From NCBI RefSeq assembly GCF_023055435.1, contig NW_025963802.1, positions 35,774,001-35,838,000 of the forward strand: DNA of 64,000 nt, in the 5' to 3' direction. Made by a program: the position numbers and the translations under genes. Positions within the stretch are counted from its first letter, which is position 1; each line of letters starts with the position of its first letter. Under the pieces are notes generated by a model, which was not told the origin of the DNA, searched no databases, and saw nothing but the letters and a program-made list of their open reading frames with translations. Origin of the DNA: Haliotis rufescens (Eukaryota). Of this stretch, positions 50,056 through 62,431 are shown piece after piece.

Positions 50056-51548
50056 GTTTGAAGGCCCTCAAGTGTCCGATGTGTGATTACTCCACGAATG
50101 ACAAGAGCAACTTCCGTCGCCACAAGCGACTTCACATGCGGAACAACCCCGCCACAGTCCTCCGATGTGGCAAGTGTGACTTCTCCACGGTGTTGCCTCG
50201 TAAGATCCGGGAGCACTACAGTCAGGACCACGGGGAGGACTACGGGCCGCCGCTGCAGCCGATGCAGGAGGCGACGGCACTCAGGATCCAGACATATGGA
50301 GACAACCACTTCGGTGGTCGCCACATGGAAATCCCACATAATCAGTGCACCCAGACAGCCATGCCCGTCGGTACAATTCACACGTTACTCGGGGCAGCTC
50401 CTCCCAGCATGCAGTTTGCCAGGGCTGAGCCGCAGATATTGACTAACTGTGTCACTCAGTATCGGCCTTACGAGGTTCCCACTCAGCGGGTTGCGCAAGA
50501 AAACCACATGGCATCGGATTATTTGAGATCCATAGTGTCGAACATCATCACGACCCATCACACGCCTCGGGTGCCAGCTACAAGCACCATCACATCATCC
50601 AGCTTCTATCTCCCACCGCCTGTAGAATCGTCACAGGGATTGTCTCCCCTTAATCACCCTTTAACAAGGCAGCAACAGGGGGAATCATCGGAAGAGGAGG
50701 TGAAGGTGAAGGTCGAGCCAGTAGATTGCGACGGAGCATCGGATGTGTCGAGTTCGGCTACACCAGTGCGGAGCAATGCACCAAGACATATGGAGGCACA
50801 AACAACACAGAGACTCTCGATGGAAATGTTCGAACCAGCTCCTGCTGGAGATCGCAATAATGAAGCAACGCCATCTGGTGAGCATGGAATTAACAATGTC
50901 AAGTCGACTGAGGCAGTAAGGCCTCAGAATGTGGTTCGCTCAACAATTGAGTCACATGATATTCGACCATCTGTCGTACCCCGTGACATTCGCTCAATGG
51001 TAGATATTCATGAGAACAGACCCATTGCGGATACCCGTGAAATACACACAGTGTTCGATTCGCGGGATGTTCGATCAGCGATGGAAGCACGTGATATCCG
51101 ACAAGTGATTGACCCTCGGGATGTTCGAGGAGGGGTTGATGTTCACTTCACAAACCGACATATCAAAACAGAAATGTCAAATATTGGAATACAGTGTACG
51201 ATGCCTGCAATTAAGACTGAAAGTGCTGCAGTGTCAAATGATAATTACGATCGGCGGCGCACTAGGATGTTCCTGGTTGAGAGATCAGTTCAGTGTGAGT
51301 TGTTGTCATCGGTTAGACGGATATCTTCAACACGTCTTGTGTCGGACACAAACGAAGGTGACCAGCCACTCCTGAGGCCGGGGTCAAAGTGCACTCATTG
51401 TGGCGTGACATTCGAAGATGAGGTTTTGTTTTCAATTCACATTGGGTGCCACAGTCACACTGATCCTTTTGTATGTAATGTGTGCGGTAAGCAGTGCTAT
51501 AACAAATATGGTTTTTATTCTCACATCATGAGAGGTCATCAGCTGTAA
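50056..51548 (+). CDS. Ikaros/Pegasus/TRPS1-like C2H2 zinc-finger protein, last coding exon (whole protein about 628 aa)
   Basis: Fingers 2-3 (CPMCDYSTNDKSNFRRHKRLH; CGKCDFSTVLPRKIREHYSQDH), a long disordered middle, and a C-terminal Ikaros/Hunchback-type dimerisation pair CTHCGVTFEDEVLFSIHIGCH-SHTDPFVCNVCGKQCYNKYGFYSHIMRGH. The 3+2 finger layout resembles Pegasus/IKZF5. Confidence 0.92.
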
Positions 51549-52120
51549 GAACCCGTCTCTGGCACTGTTGCCATGGATACATCTTTTTATGGTGTACAGC
51601 TCATGTAAATCTCCAGGATTTGTCCTAAAAGTGTCACGTCCTAAAAGTTTACCAGTTGTTTATTTTACCTCACACAAGCTTTATAAAGTAACTGCAGATA
51701 GGTGCCTCATATTTCAGATTCAGGCTCTAGTGCTATTATGTGAAATTCTGTTTTTAATTATTTCATAGTGTCCATAATTTTGCATGTTTCTATTATAAGA
51801 TTAAATATTTTTTCTGGTATATACAAGATGGAATATTAAGAAGTGGAACATATGATTATGATGATGTCTGAAAAAGTGTATCAGGGCTTGATTTAAGGAA
51901 ATCGATTAAGGAAATGACAACCTAGTTGCACCCTGGTCCCATAACTTTATGAAATTTGAAAGATGCATAAGCCTAAATAAATAAAGTCTCAGGTTTCTAA
52001 TGACAGTGTCATGATTATACATTAATTATAGGCATTGCTGCAAAATGTACATGTGTACCTAATCTTCAAGTACCCACATTTTGATGACGTCAAGCCCAAG
52101 AAAGTGTGACAAATTACACA

Positions 52121-52468
52121 TACCGTATTCGACGTAATAAGCGCCCAGGGCGCTCTCAAAATTAGAAACAGGGGGCTCTTATAAGAATATTATTTTGGTG
52201 GAAAAAACAGATTTGAAAGATAAATATCGTGGTTTATGCTGACAGACTGAAATGTTTATATACGACAGATATATTTTTTCAGAATTTAATTGCCCATAAT
52301 TAAGGGTGCATATAACACACGAGTGCGTATTATGCGCGAATAAATAAGTCTTGTGTACATTGATCAATCGGAAGGGATGCTAATTGGGAGTGTTCACTAG
52401 CCAATATATGAGCAATTATCGCCGTGGGCGCTTATTAGAGCGGGGCGCTTATTACGTCGAATACGGTA
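52121..52468. mobile_element. Tc1/pogo-type MITE, possibly nested in an older cagggcttgat-TIR element (51882-52670)
   Basis: Inverted copy of 25552-25899. Confidence 0.85.
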
Positions 52469-54177
52469 ATACCGGGATTAGTGATCTTATATGGTACATA
52501 AAGCTTAAAGGTATCGAGTGTGTTCAAATATTGTTCTTAAGAAAAGTAAGGGCTAGACACAAATTTGAATTTTTTTACAAGCACTTGGTGCATGTTGACA
52601 CAAATATAGGTTGCACTATTCAGTCACAGGTTTCACTGGTGCATGTTTTATGCAGCTAGATCAAGCCCTGTATATGCTATGATGATATGAAAGCTATTAG
52701 ATATGGAAAGACAAGAGCTGTGACACAGCAGGTCGAGTTGCAACCAGCTGAAGACATCTTATTTCCTGATGTATTTCAAATGTGGTGTTTTTCATCTTGA
52801 GTAAATACAAACATTCAAATTCAAGAACATAATTTAAGTATTGCATCATCAGCTATGTCTGGTGGTGTCATTACACTTGAATCCATGGCAACACATGTAC
52901 TTTGTTATCAGCTCAGCTGTGTTGAAATGACCTATGACCCGAGGCTTACATTAAGTGTGACATGTAATTGGTTGGAATGTAATTAGCCATGATGCTGTTG
53001 GAGACTTTGAGAAGGTTCCACGTGAGCTACAGAATCCATGTATGCGTAGCACTGAGGACATGTTTTATACTTTTTCATTTTTTGGTACATATTGCAATTT
53101 GGGCATTTATCATGTTTATGTTAAAAAACTTGAAACAGGAAGTATTGAGTTATTGCTAATCAATACAGTGCTAAAAACTACACATCAGCTTTGATTATCA
53201 TTGATCAGTCAGCATTGATTATTGTACTTATGCTCACAGGAATAAGGCAATCCTTCCAACAAGTTCTATCTCAACATCCTATGTTGCATTTTTGTAAAGG
53301 TTTCTCTGTCCAATCTGATCGATAGTCTCTGGTAACCATGGTAACCTGAATTGTGGTGATGATTTCCTTCTCTGAAGCCCAGTATCAATGGAATATGAAT
53401 ATTTTCAACTACATTTGTATTCCTTGTACAGTTTGTACCTGTCTATTAGTTTCATAATTATCTTTGTTGCCATGGTTACGAGAAGCTCTAAGATTGGATA
53501 ATGGCTGTCACAGCAAAACTACATGCAATGTATTTGTCTATGTTGACGTAGATGAGTTGAACACTTGACTTATGTTAACCACTACAGCCAGGTATTGAGG
53601 CAGCAGGGAGGAGGTTGGAATTGCCTCCCGAAGAGGCTGTTGAAAAAGCCTCCGAGCACAACTTGCAATCTTTTACTATGTTGATTTAACACTAAGTGTC
53701 TTTTATATTACAGTTGTTACTTCATAACTCCGTCTATGTTCTGTACGTACTGAAATATTTTCAAAATGTTTATTTCAACGTTTTTCTTTTGTGGTGGAAA
53801 AGTGTCTTGTTGCTGTTGCACTTACGGAATATCATGTGACCTTTCAATACGTAGTTAGTGTGTGTGTGTTTGTGTCGGCATGTATCATGACATATCAGCC
53901 TAGGAAATAGAGCCACCCACATCTGTCAATCAAGTCTTGTGGGTGAATTTTAGCCAATGAGAATGCTGTGTTACAGGCACGTGTTTCTACTTGACAGGGA
54001 TACTTAAGTTTGCGGGCGTTGGTGTAGATGACCAGGGTTCATCATAGCCCTGTCAGCTCTTGTTCATACCGAAGCTGGATATAACTTGTATAACAGTTTG
54101 AATGGACAACTACTTGGATATAACACATATATTGATGTAATAGTCTGGTGTAACAAAGCTACATCTACTCGCCCATG

Positions 54178-54437
54178 TGTGAGTGAGTGAGTTGGGTTAA
54201 ACGCTGCTTTTAACAGTATTCCAGTTATATCATGGCGTGTTAGCTTAATGTGGGAGGAAAGCCCGAAGTGATGCAGGTCTTAGACGTTTACCACTCGGTG
54301 AAGCCCACGAGCATGGGTATGGTGCTGACAAGCCTAGAAACATAATCGGGGCGAACCGGGATTCGAACCCACAATCATAGGTTTCTGGTGTGCCCAAGGG
54401 ACGCAACTCTGCACAGCAAATCGCGGCGCCCTTCGAC
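54178..54437 (-). mobile_element. SINE family C
   Basis: Similar to 337-613. Confidence 0.85.
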
Positions 54438-55912
54438 CATGTGTGACAATTAGCACTACAAAATACTGTTAATATGAATGACAACCTTGGATTATAACAC
54501 TGATTTTGAGAGAACTTGGATTGCTTTATATACTACCCAAAAGAAGTTAAAGAAAACTCGATAATAACTACGGTAATATGAAAGAATGAGGTTCCTTAAC
54601 TTCTTTTGAGTGGTATATGATGTCAACTGTATTTGGATAAGGCTCCGGAAAAATGTTAAAGCCTTAGGGGGTACTCAATGGCTCAATCACCAGAACATGT
54701 TACCATGGTTACCTTGAGATATATCAGGGAAGGCCAGACCATTTTGGGGCCTTTATCATGTTTATCTATGCTGTTAACTTTTGTTGGAAATACATCATTT
54801 TGCTATCTGTGGATTGGCCTGTTGCCATGGGTACCTTAAAATATGTCAGGGAAGGCCAGGAAATTTGGGGGCCTTTGTCTATACCGCAGAGTCTTGTGGG
54901 TAATACAGCATGTTGCCATCTGTGAATTGGTCCTGTTGCTTTGCTTACAGCATGAGGGTCCCAGCTTTAATACTAATTTGGTGTCTTTCTTTTTGGTACT
55001 AAATGGATATCATCATTATGATGACATTTGACTGCTGTGAGTCGTTTGCAGGCCTTGATACTAGTGACCTAATTAGAAAATGCTTTAGATAATTGTCATC
55101 AGCTTTTGTGACTTTGATGATTTTGTATATCTCTCGATGTGAGTCATCCCTCTCTTGAGCATGTTTGAGTCTGTCAATAGGGTAAAACTTGTCTCATATG
55201 CAGGGTTCAACATATATATTTTTCTGCAGAAAAATCACTGGTCCCAAGGAATTGTTTTTTACAACTACAAAATATCAGATTATATTTTGATATTAGTCAA
55301 ATCTTTATGTCAAGTAGTCAACAGTGTCTGTTCTTTCATCCTGATTAACATAGGCGAAATATGCAGACTTGCAGGTCATGGTTCCACTGACAAGTTGGAC
55401 AACTGTGAAGAAATGGCCCTCCGTGATATTGACTAGCGTCTGTCCAGTGGACCAGCATATTGGACCAGCATGTACGTCCCACCCTGGAGTGTGGAAATTG
55501 GTCTCTGCTTGTTGATCCATTGCCATTAATGAAGCAGGAAACCATCATATTGTTGTCCAGGGAGACTGTGTTGAGATGTGTTGCACTCGGTGTTTGAAAC
55601 ATCCATGTTAGACTTTGCTTTAGGATACCTCACCATGACTGATGGCCGCCGTGGCGCTCGGTGTTCCTCAAGATGGATGGGAACATACCTGATATTTGAA
55701 ATCATTTTGCTGGAAACATATGAAATGGAGAAGGGGACAAGCATGTATTGTCATGGTAACTACTTTCCTCTCAATAACAGTAACCATGGTTACCATGTAC
55801 CCATTCTTCAATGTGAGGGATACGTCAGCATCTTTTTCTAGTGGATTTTCAAAAATTTGTACTTCAGCTTTTTATTGGTGTAATTTACAGAAAGTTCAAC
55901 TGCTGCCTTTTT

Positions 55913-57563
55913 GTCAGTGTACCTGGTGTGTCTGTGATGGAGAATGGTGGTCCACCTGTTAATGTGACTGTCAGTGTACCTGGTGTGTCTGATATGGAGA
56001 ATGGTGGTCGACCTGTTAATGTAACTGTCAGTGTACCTGGTGTGTCTGATATGGAGAATGGTGGTCGACCTGTTAATGTAACTGTCAGTGTACCTGGTGT
56101 GTCTGTGATTGAGAATGGCGGTCCACCTGTTCATGTGACTGTCAGTGTACCTGGTGTGTCTGATATGGAGAATGGCGGTCCACCTGTTAATGTGACTGGC
56201 AGTGTACCTGGTGTGTCTGATATGGAGAATGGCGGTGCACCTGTTCATGGTACTGTCAGTGTACCTGGTGTGTCTGATATGGAGAATGGCGGTCCACCTG
56301 TTAATGTGACTGGCAATGTACCTGGTGTGTCTGATATGGAGAATGGCGGTCCACCTGTTCATGTAACTGTCAGTGTACCTGGTGTGTCTGTGATGGAGAA
56401 TGGCGGTGCACCTGTTAATGTAACTGTCAGTGTACCTGGTGTGTCTGATATGGAGAATGGCGGTCCACCTGTTCATGTAACTGTCAGTGTACCTGGTGTG
56501 TCTGTGATGGAGAATGGCGGTGCACCTGTTATTGTAACTGTCAGTGTACCTGGTGTGTCTGATATGGAGAATGGCGGTCCACCTGTTCATGTAACTGTCA
56601 GTGTACCTGGTGTGTCTGTGATGGAGAATGGCGGTGCACCTGTTAATGTAACTGTCAGTGTACCTGGTGTGTCTGTGATGGAGAATGGCGGTGCACCTGT
56701 TAATGTAACTGTCAGTGTACCTGGTGTGTCTGTGATGGAGAATGGCGGTGCACCTGTTAATGTAACTGTCAGTGTACCTGGTGTGTCTGTGATGGAGAAT
56801 GGCGGTCCACCTGGTGTGTCTGTGATGGAGAATGGCGGTGCACCTGTTCATGTGACTGTCAGTGTACCTGGTGTGTCTGATATGGAGAATGGTGGTGCAC
56901 CTGTTCATGTAACTGTCAGTGTACCTGGTGTGTCTGTGATGGAGAATGGCGGTCCACCTGTTCATGTGACTGTCAGTGTACCTGGTGTGTCTGATATGGA
57001 GAATGGTGGTCGACCTGTTAATGTAACTGTCAGTGTACCTGGTGTGTCTGTGATTGAGAATGGCGGTCCACCTGTTCATGTGACTGGCAGTGTACCTGGT
57101 GTGTCTGTGATGGAGAATGGCGGTCCACCTGGTGTGTCTGTGATTGAGAATGGCAGTCCACCTGTTCATGTGACTGGCAGTGTACCTGGTGTGTCTGTGA
57201 TGGAGAATGGCGGTCCACCTGGTGTGTCTGTGATTGAGAATGGCAGTCCACCTGTTCATGTGACTGGCAGTGTACCTGGTGTGTCTGTGATGGAGAATGG
57301 CGGTCCACCTGGTGTGTCTGTGATTGAGAATGGCGGTCCACCTGTTCATGTGACTGGCAGTGTACCTGGTGTGTCTGTGATGGAGAATGGCGGTCCACCT
57401 GTTCATGTGACTGTCAGTGTACCTGGTGTGTCTGATATGGAGAATGGTGGTGCACCTGTTCATGTAACTGTCAGTGTACCTGGTGTGTCTGTGATGGAGA
57501 ATGGCGGTCCACCTGTTCATGTGACTGGCAGTGTACCTGGTGTCTGATATGGAGAATGGCGGT
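55913..57563. repeat. 57-bp minisatellite (about 30 units, some 33-bp deletion variants)
   Basis: Unit gtcagtgtacctggtgtgtctgtgatggagaatggcggtccacctgttcatgtgact. Confidence 0.97.
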
Positions 57564-58100
57564 CCTCACATTACTGTTATGCACTGTACTTAACCACTCT
57601 GCTCTGAACATGCTGGTCTTTGGTAATTATGGCAGTGATGGAATAGCCCAATGGTTAAAGCGTTGTCTTTCTCGTACTGGAGACCCAGGTTTGATGCCCA
57701 ACATGGGGACATATTCTTCCGTGATATGGCTGGAGTTTTAATGAAAGCAGTGTCTGACCCAACTCGCACAGATAAATAGGATTTGAGTTTGTCATCTCAC
57801 TGATTTGTGATAAACATGATCTTATGCCAGTTCATATCTGTTCAGTGAGACAAAGGTTTCAAAGGCTACACGCCTTAAAGCGAACATTGGCCTATGGTTC
57901 TTGTATCCCTGAACACAGACTCCTGTTTCTGGGGTAGTTTTGAGGGACCAGTGTCCGCACCTCCCTGACCGCTTCAGTGTAATGTCCCCTTATATTCTGG
58001 TAGAGCTATGTCGCTGAGACCACAGTTCATAGCATTTCCACAATAGATTAGGATTATACTTGGTGTTCGTGACAAAAGTTGTGAGTCTCTGTACATTGAC

Positions 58101-58270
58101 GGGTGCGGTCGGGTAGCCTAGTGGTTAAAGCGTTAGCTTGTCACGCCGAAGACCCAGGTTCAATTCCCGGCATGGGTACAATGTGTGAAGCCCATTTCTG
58201 GTGTCCCCTGCCGTGATATTGCTGAAATATTGCTAAAAGCGGCGTAAAATCTCACTCACTCACTCACTCA
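58101..58270 (+). mobile_element. tRNA SINE family A
   Basis: A box tagcctagtggttaaagc, B box ggttcaattccc, (ACTC)n tail, TSD about ctgtacat. Confidence 0.88.
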
Positions 58271-58763
58271 CTGTACATGGCAGCAAACCAAAAGTCAGTT
58301 TTCATCAATCTTCTGCAGTAGATTGTAATTGCTCCTAACCGTGAACATTGATTTTCGATCCACCAGTACCCTTTCCTAATAATACCTGTGACCTTAGACC
58401 TGATTGACCTAACATGGCCACATTGAGATACAATATTCTGTTAATATTCAATAGGCCTGTTGACGTGATTAATCCCAACCAACAGGTGCTTGTACTTGTG
58501 TGAATGAATGTTTGTCATGCTTCAACATAGAACATCACTAGGATGTATTTGACAAAAAAACACTTCAAAGAAATAGTTTATCCTCCTTGCTTCCTGATTG
58601 TTATACATGTCTATTCATGTCTCATCTCCGCCTGTTTGAAACAAATGTTTGTATATATTTCACACTGAGGGGATCCATGCCCATGCTATATACTGCTTAT
58701 GACATAGGTTCTTCCATTGTGCCATTACCCAGAATGCCATCATTTCATAAGTATGACCATAAT

Positions 58764-58985
58764 TAAGTAAGGATAAGAATTTATGGATAAACAACTTCTT
58801 TATTACAATTAAGAGCGACGTTTCGGTGTAGGTTCTAACACCGTTATCAAGTCATCATCACTTGCTTGATAACGGTGTTAGAACCTACACCGAAATGTCG
58901 CTCTTAATTGTAATGTAGAAGTTGTTAATCCATAAATTCTTATCCTTACTTAGTACTCCAACTTCTAAATGCCTATCAAAGAAGT
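58764..58985. mobile_element. Penelope pLTR inverted pair (88-bp arms) with hammerhead-like motifs
   Basis: Arms 58764-58851 and 58865-58952; same family as 37762-38325; flanked by a tatgaccat duplication. Confidence 0.85.
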
Positions 58986-59176
58986 TATGACCATGATAAC
59001 CAACATCTGCTGGTGTAGTCGTGGCTAGAGACAACAAACATGGTCAAGATGTCAGTGCAGTAAGAGATAAAAGCTTATCCCCTTTATGAACAGCGATCAA
59101 TATAAGGACAAGAATTGGGTGGGTAAATGAGAGTGAAGATGAGTTTGCTTGGTTATAACTCACTCTTAGTTGCGTT

Positions 59177-59385
59177 TGGGGGCGGTGGGGGTAACCTAGT
59201 GGTTGAAGCATTCGCTTGTCTTGCCCGGGTTTGATTCCCAAAATGGGTACAACGTGTGAAGTCCATTTCTGACGTCCCCTGTCGCCTGTCATTGCTGGAA
59301 TATTGCTAAAAGCAGCGTAAATTCCCCTTCCCCTTCCCCCCACCCCCACCCCACACTCACTCACTCACTCACTCACTCACTCACT
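59177..59385 (+). mobile_element. tRNA SINE family A (diverged)
   Basis: Similar to 58101-58270; (ACTC)n tail. Confidence 0.8.
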
Positions 59386-59493
59386 AACTCATAATCCCAG
59401 GACATTTACATGTAATGATCATCATAGCGATCATCATAATAACTGACATGTTTGACAATCAGGAGAAATGTAACTGCTGAAACGTCTCCTTGA

Positions 59494-59667
59494 ATTCTGT
59501 TCCCATAGAAACGAGATCCTTGCATTGATGTTGGAACCAGGGGCCCTTTGTATTCTGTTCCCATAGAAACGAGATCCTTGCATTGATGTTGGAACCAGGG
59601 GTCCGTTGTATTCTGTTCCCATAGAAACGAGATCCTTGCATTGATGTTAGAACCAGGGGCCCGTTGC
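59494..59667. repeat. 58-bp tandem repeat, 3 copies
   Basis: Unit attctgttcccatagaaacgagatccttgcattgatgttggaaccaggggccc(t/g)ttgt. Confidence 0.93.
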
Positions 59668-60008
59668 ATAAACAACTTTGCAGTTTGGTATTGCGATGCT
59701 GTTTTGCGGTACATTATCAAATGTAGGGTGCGACTGTTGCATAAACCATTTTGCAAGTAAAGTGAAAGTCACATTGCAAAGTTTGCGATGCATAGCGTTT
59801 TCTAAAACGTGCACACCTTCATGCTGGTCTGTGCTCTCCAGACTTGCACACGGTGTGTACAATGTATGCTACAATGTTCTCATATACGTTCACCCTTTTA
59901 TGCAGGTCATACAGTGTACTGTCCAATGTCTGGCAATATGTCTTATTTTCCTTCCACTCTTGCATATGGAATCTCAGTTACCAATTCACTATCATTTTAT
60001 CTTTAAGG

Positions 60009-60278
60009 TAGGTTGGTTGGTTTGTTGTTTAACTCTGCACTCAGCAATATTCCAGCTATATGACGGCGGTCTGTTAATAATCAAGTCTGGACCAGACAAT
60101 CCAGTGATTAATATCATGCGCATCGATCCACGCAATTGGGATCGATGACATGCATCAACCAAGTCAGCAAGCCTGACCACCCGATCCCGTTAGTCGCCTT
60201 TTACAACAAGCATAGTCACCTTTTACGGCAAGCATGGGTTGCTGAAGACCTATTGTACCCCGGAATCTTCACGGGTCT
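60009..60278 (-). mobile_element. Family B retroposon, full length
   Basis: TSD atctttaagg at 59999-60008 and 60280-60289. Confidence 0.88.
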
Positions 60279-61447
60279 CATCTTTAAGGATGCAATCCAT
60301 CTGCTTCTGACGTGATTATGGCGATATAATGTATGCATTCCCTGTCCTGGTAGATATGTTTTCCGATTTGCTAATGTTAGATCCTACATTGTGACAGTTC
60401 ACAGGAAATAACTTACCAGATACGACAAGGAAGTATTGAACATGTAACAAAGAAACATTCAGGATATTTACGAAGTCTTAGGGTAAGAAGTATCTGTGGA
60501 ATTTCTGAAATTGTGTTGTTGGCATCAGTTGAATGTTCATTGCAACATTTAGACACGTTGTTTGAGTTGAACGTTGTTTTCCTCAGAGGTCAAGAAGAGC
60601 ACCGCTAAAATTCTGGCTTTGCTTGCAAATTATTTCAGACATTGCAATTTGCTGATGCAAATGAATAGAGCATCACAACTGATTTATGCAACGGTCCCCT
60701 GTATGATAATGTAATATTAACTTACTGGTAATGAAGCTGAGTATAATCTGCTTGCTTAGCAAAACTTTTTCTTCAAAAGTTAATGTTTTGTAAGAGTAAC
60801 AATCATTTCATTTTCGTTTTGTTGTCATGACAATTGTTTATCTTCGAAAAATACCAATCTGTCCAATTTAAAAAAAATTAATTTGGGGGGTCCTCTGTAA
60901 AAACGAATAACTTTCAGTTGTGATCAGGAAGTGGAATAGGATGACGTTTTCATAAAAGTAATGGTAATGATAATTACTGTTTAACATAGAGAATCTGGAG
61001 CAGCTTCTCTTGGGCTCATACCTCAAGACTTTTGGCAGCCATGTTGTATGAAAATACTTTATTCCTAAACTCTGAAGTAAATACCTGGCATGTGTATATG
61101 AGCTGAAAAACTCTTGAGTTAAAAGGAAAGATGTCATTAGTTCTACCCCAGGTTTGATAGGAAGTGTTCATATTGTTATAGGAAGACACCTAATGTTTAT
61201 TTTAACTTGAAATGAAGCAGTCATTCTCAATCAGTCAGAATATCCCTACCAGAAATGGAGTGGAGTACATGGCCATATTTTCAGTGCAGTATTGTCTGTT
61301 CTTGTTTCTGACCAAGTGACTCTGGTCACTTCTTGTTTAGTGAATCTTCCATTCTTTACCTTTATCAATACTAGTTGGCACAAGTAGAAGGTGACAAATT
61401 TCCTGACAGTAACGTGTAGTGTATTGGCATTATCTACAATCAGTTGT

Positions 61448-61934
61448 CATCTTCCCGAGGCAAGGGAGTTACCTAACTGTGGAGGTCAGTTTCCACCGTT
61501 GCCTGAACAAAGAGGCTCGATCAGCGCTTCTTCCCTTCTTAATCCCTCCTATTGACCAATTCCATCTCTCACATCACTTTCATTTGCTTCAAACAAAATT
61601 TCAGCGCCCAGTAAAGATGATCTTATCGATAATCAAGATCTTTATTGTAATAAAATGGGTCTAACCTGCGAAGTACATCAAATCATTTGAGCACTTTGAT
61701 TAAAAATATGAAAAGATTTGGAAAAAGTCTGTCAACACCCAGTTAGAGGTGCACATGCTCTGCAAATCCTGCAATCGACTGAAATCTGCCATGTTGTTTA
61801 TGAACCGGTTGGATTCATTACACGATTGTGATTGGACTATGCATAGATTTGTTAGTCCAGCCAAAACTCCATGATTCCAGCCTATAGTTTGGCTTTTATA
61901 GTCAGTAAACTCCCTTAATTGCCACAGGAAGATG
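61448..61934. mobile_element. MITE family M1 (diverged)
   Basis: TIR catcttcccgaggcaagggagtt / ggaagatg; TSD tcagttgt. Confidence 0.8.
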
Positions 61935-62269
61935 TCAGTTGTTTGATTGGTTACATAGACTGACTTCTTGAAATTAGTTCATGAACATTGAAACAACAAC
62001 TTGTGTGGATATGTTTAGGTTTTAAAATGCTATGAATAAAGTTGAATTGTAGAAACCACCAACGTGATGTTCGAGACAAGTAGAGACCTATTCATAGACA
62101 ACTTGTGCAATAATTTGCGTGTAAGAAATTGCCACATGTCGCTAAACGTTAATGAAAGAATGTGACTTGTATGACGTGGTGTTTGTTTCAGTGATGAAAC
62201 ATTGTGTAACATGCTGTTTTTAGAGTATTCCATAGATGACAATCAGTGACTAGAAGGTGTCCATTTGAG

Positions 62270-62431
62270 TGAGTGAGTATGGTTTTACGCCGCTTTTAGC
62301 AATATTCCAGCAATATCACGGCGGGGGACACCAGAAATGGGCTTCACACATTGTACCCATGTCGGGAATCGAACCCGGGTCTTCGGCGTGACGAGCGAAC
62401 GCTTTAACCACTAGGCTACCCGACCGCCCCT
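62270..62431 (-). mobile_element. tRNA SINE family A, young full-length copy
   Basis: Intact A and B boxes (ggttcgattccc); 13-bp TSD gtgtccatttgag at 62257-62269 and 62432-62444. Confidence 0.92.

Noticed and set aside
47814-51548. Naming the gene hunchback, IKZF5 or TRPS1
   Set aside because: It lacks the four-finger Hunchback cluster and a GATA finger; orthology needs a phylogeny, and the intron gap could hide an exon.
55305-55744. Overlapping coding-like minus-strand ORFs
   Set aside because: Possibly a decayed gene fragment, but the family cannot be identified.
58101-58180. tRNA gene-like sequence (also near 3445, 38641 and 62431)
   Set aside because: These are SINE heads that continue into body, tail and TSD; no complete acceptor stem.
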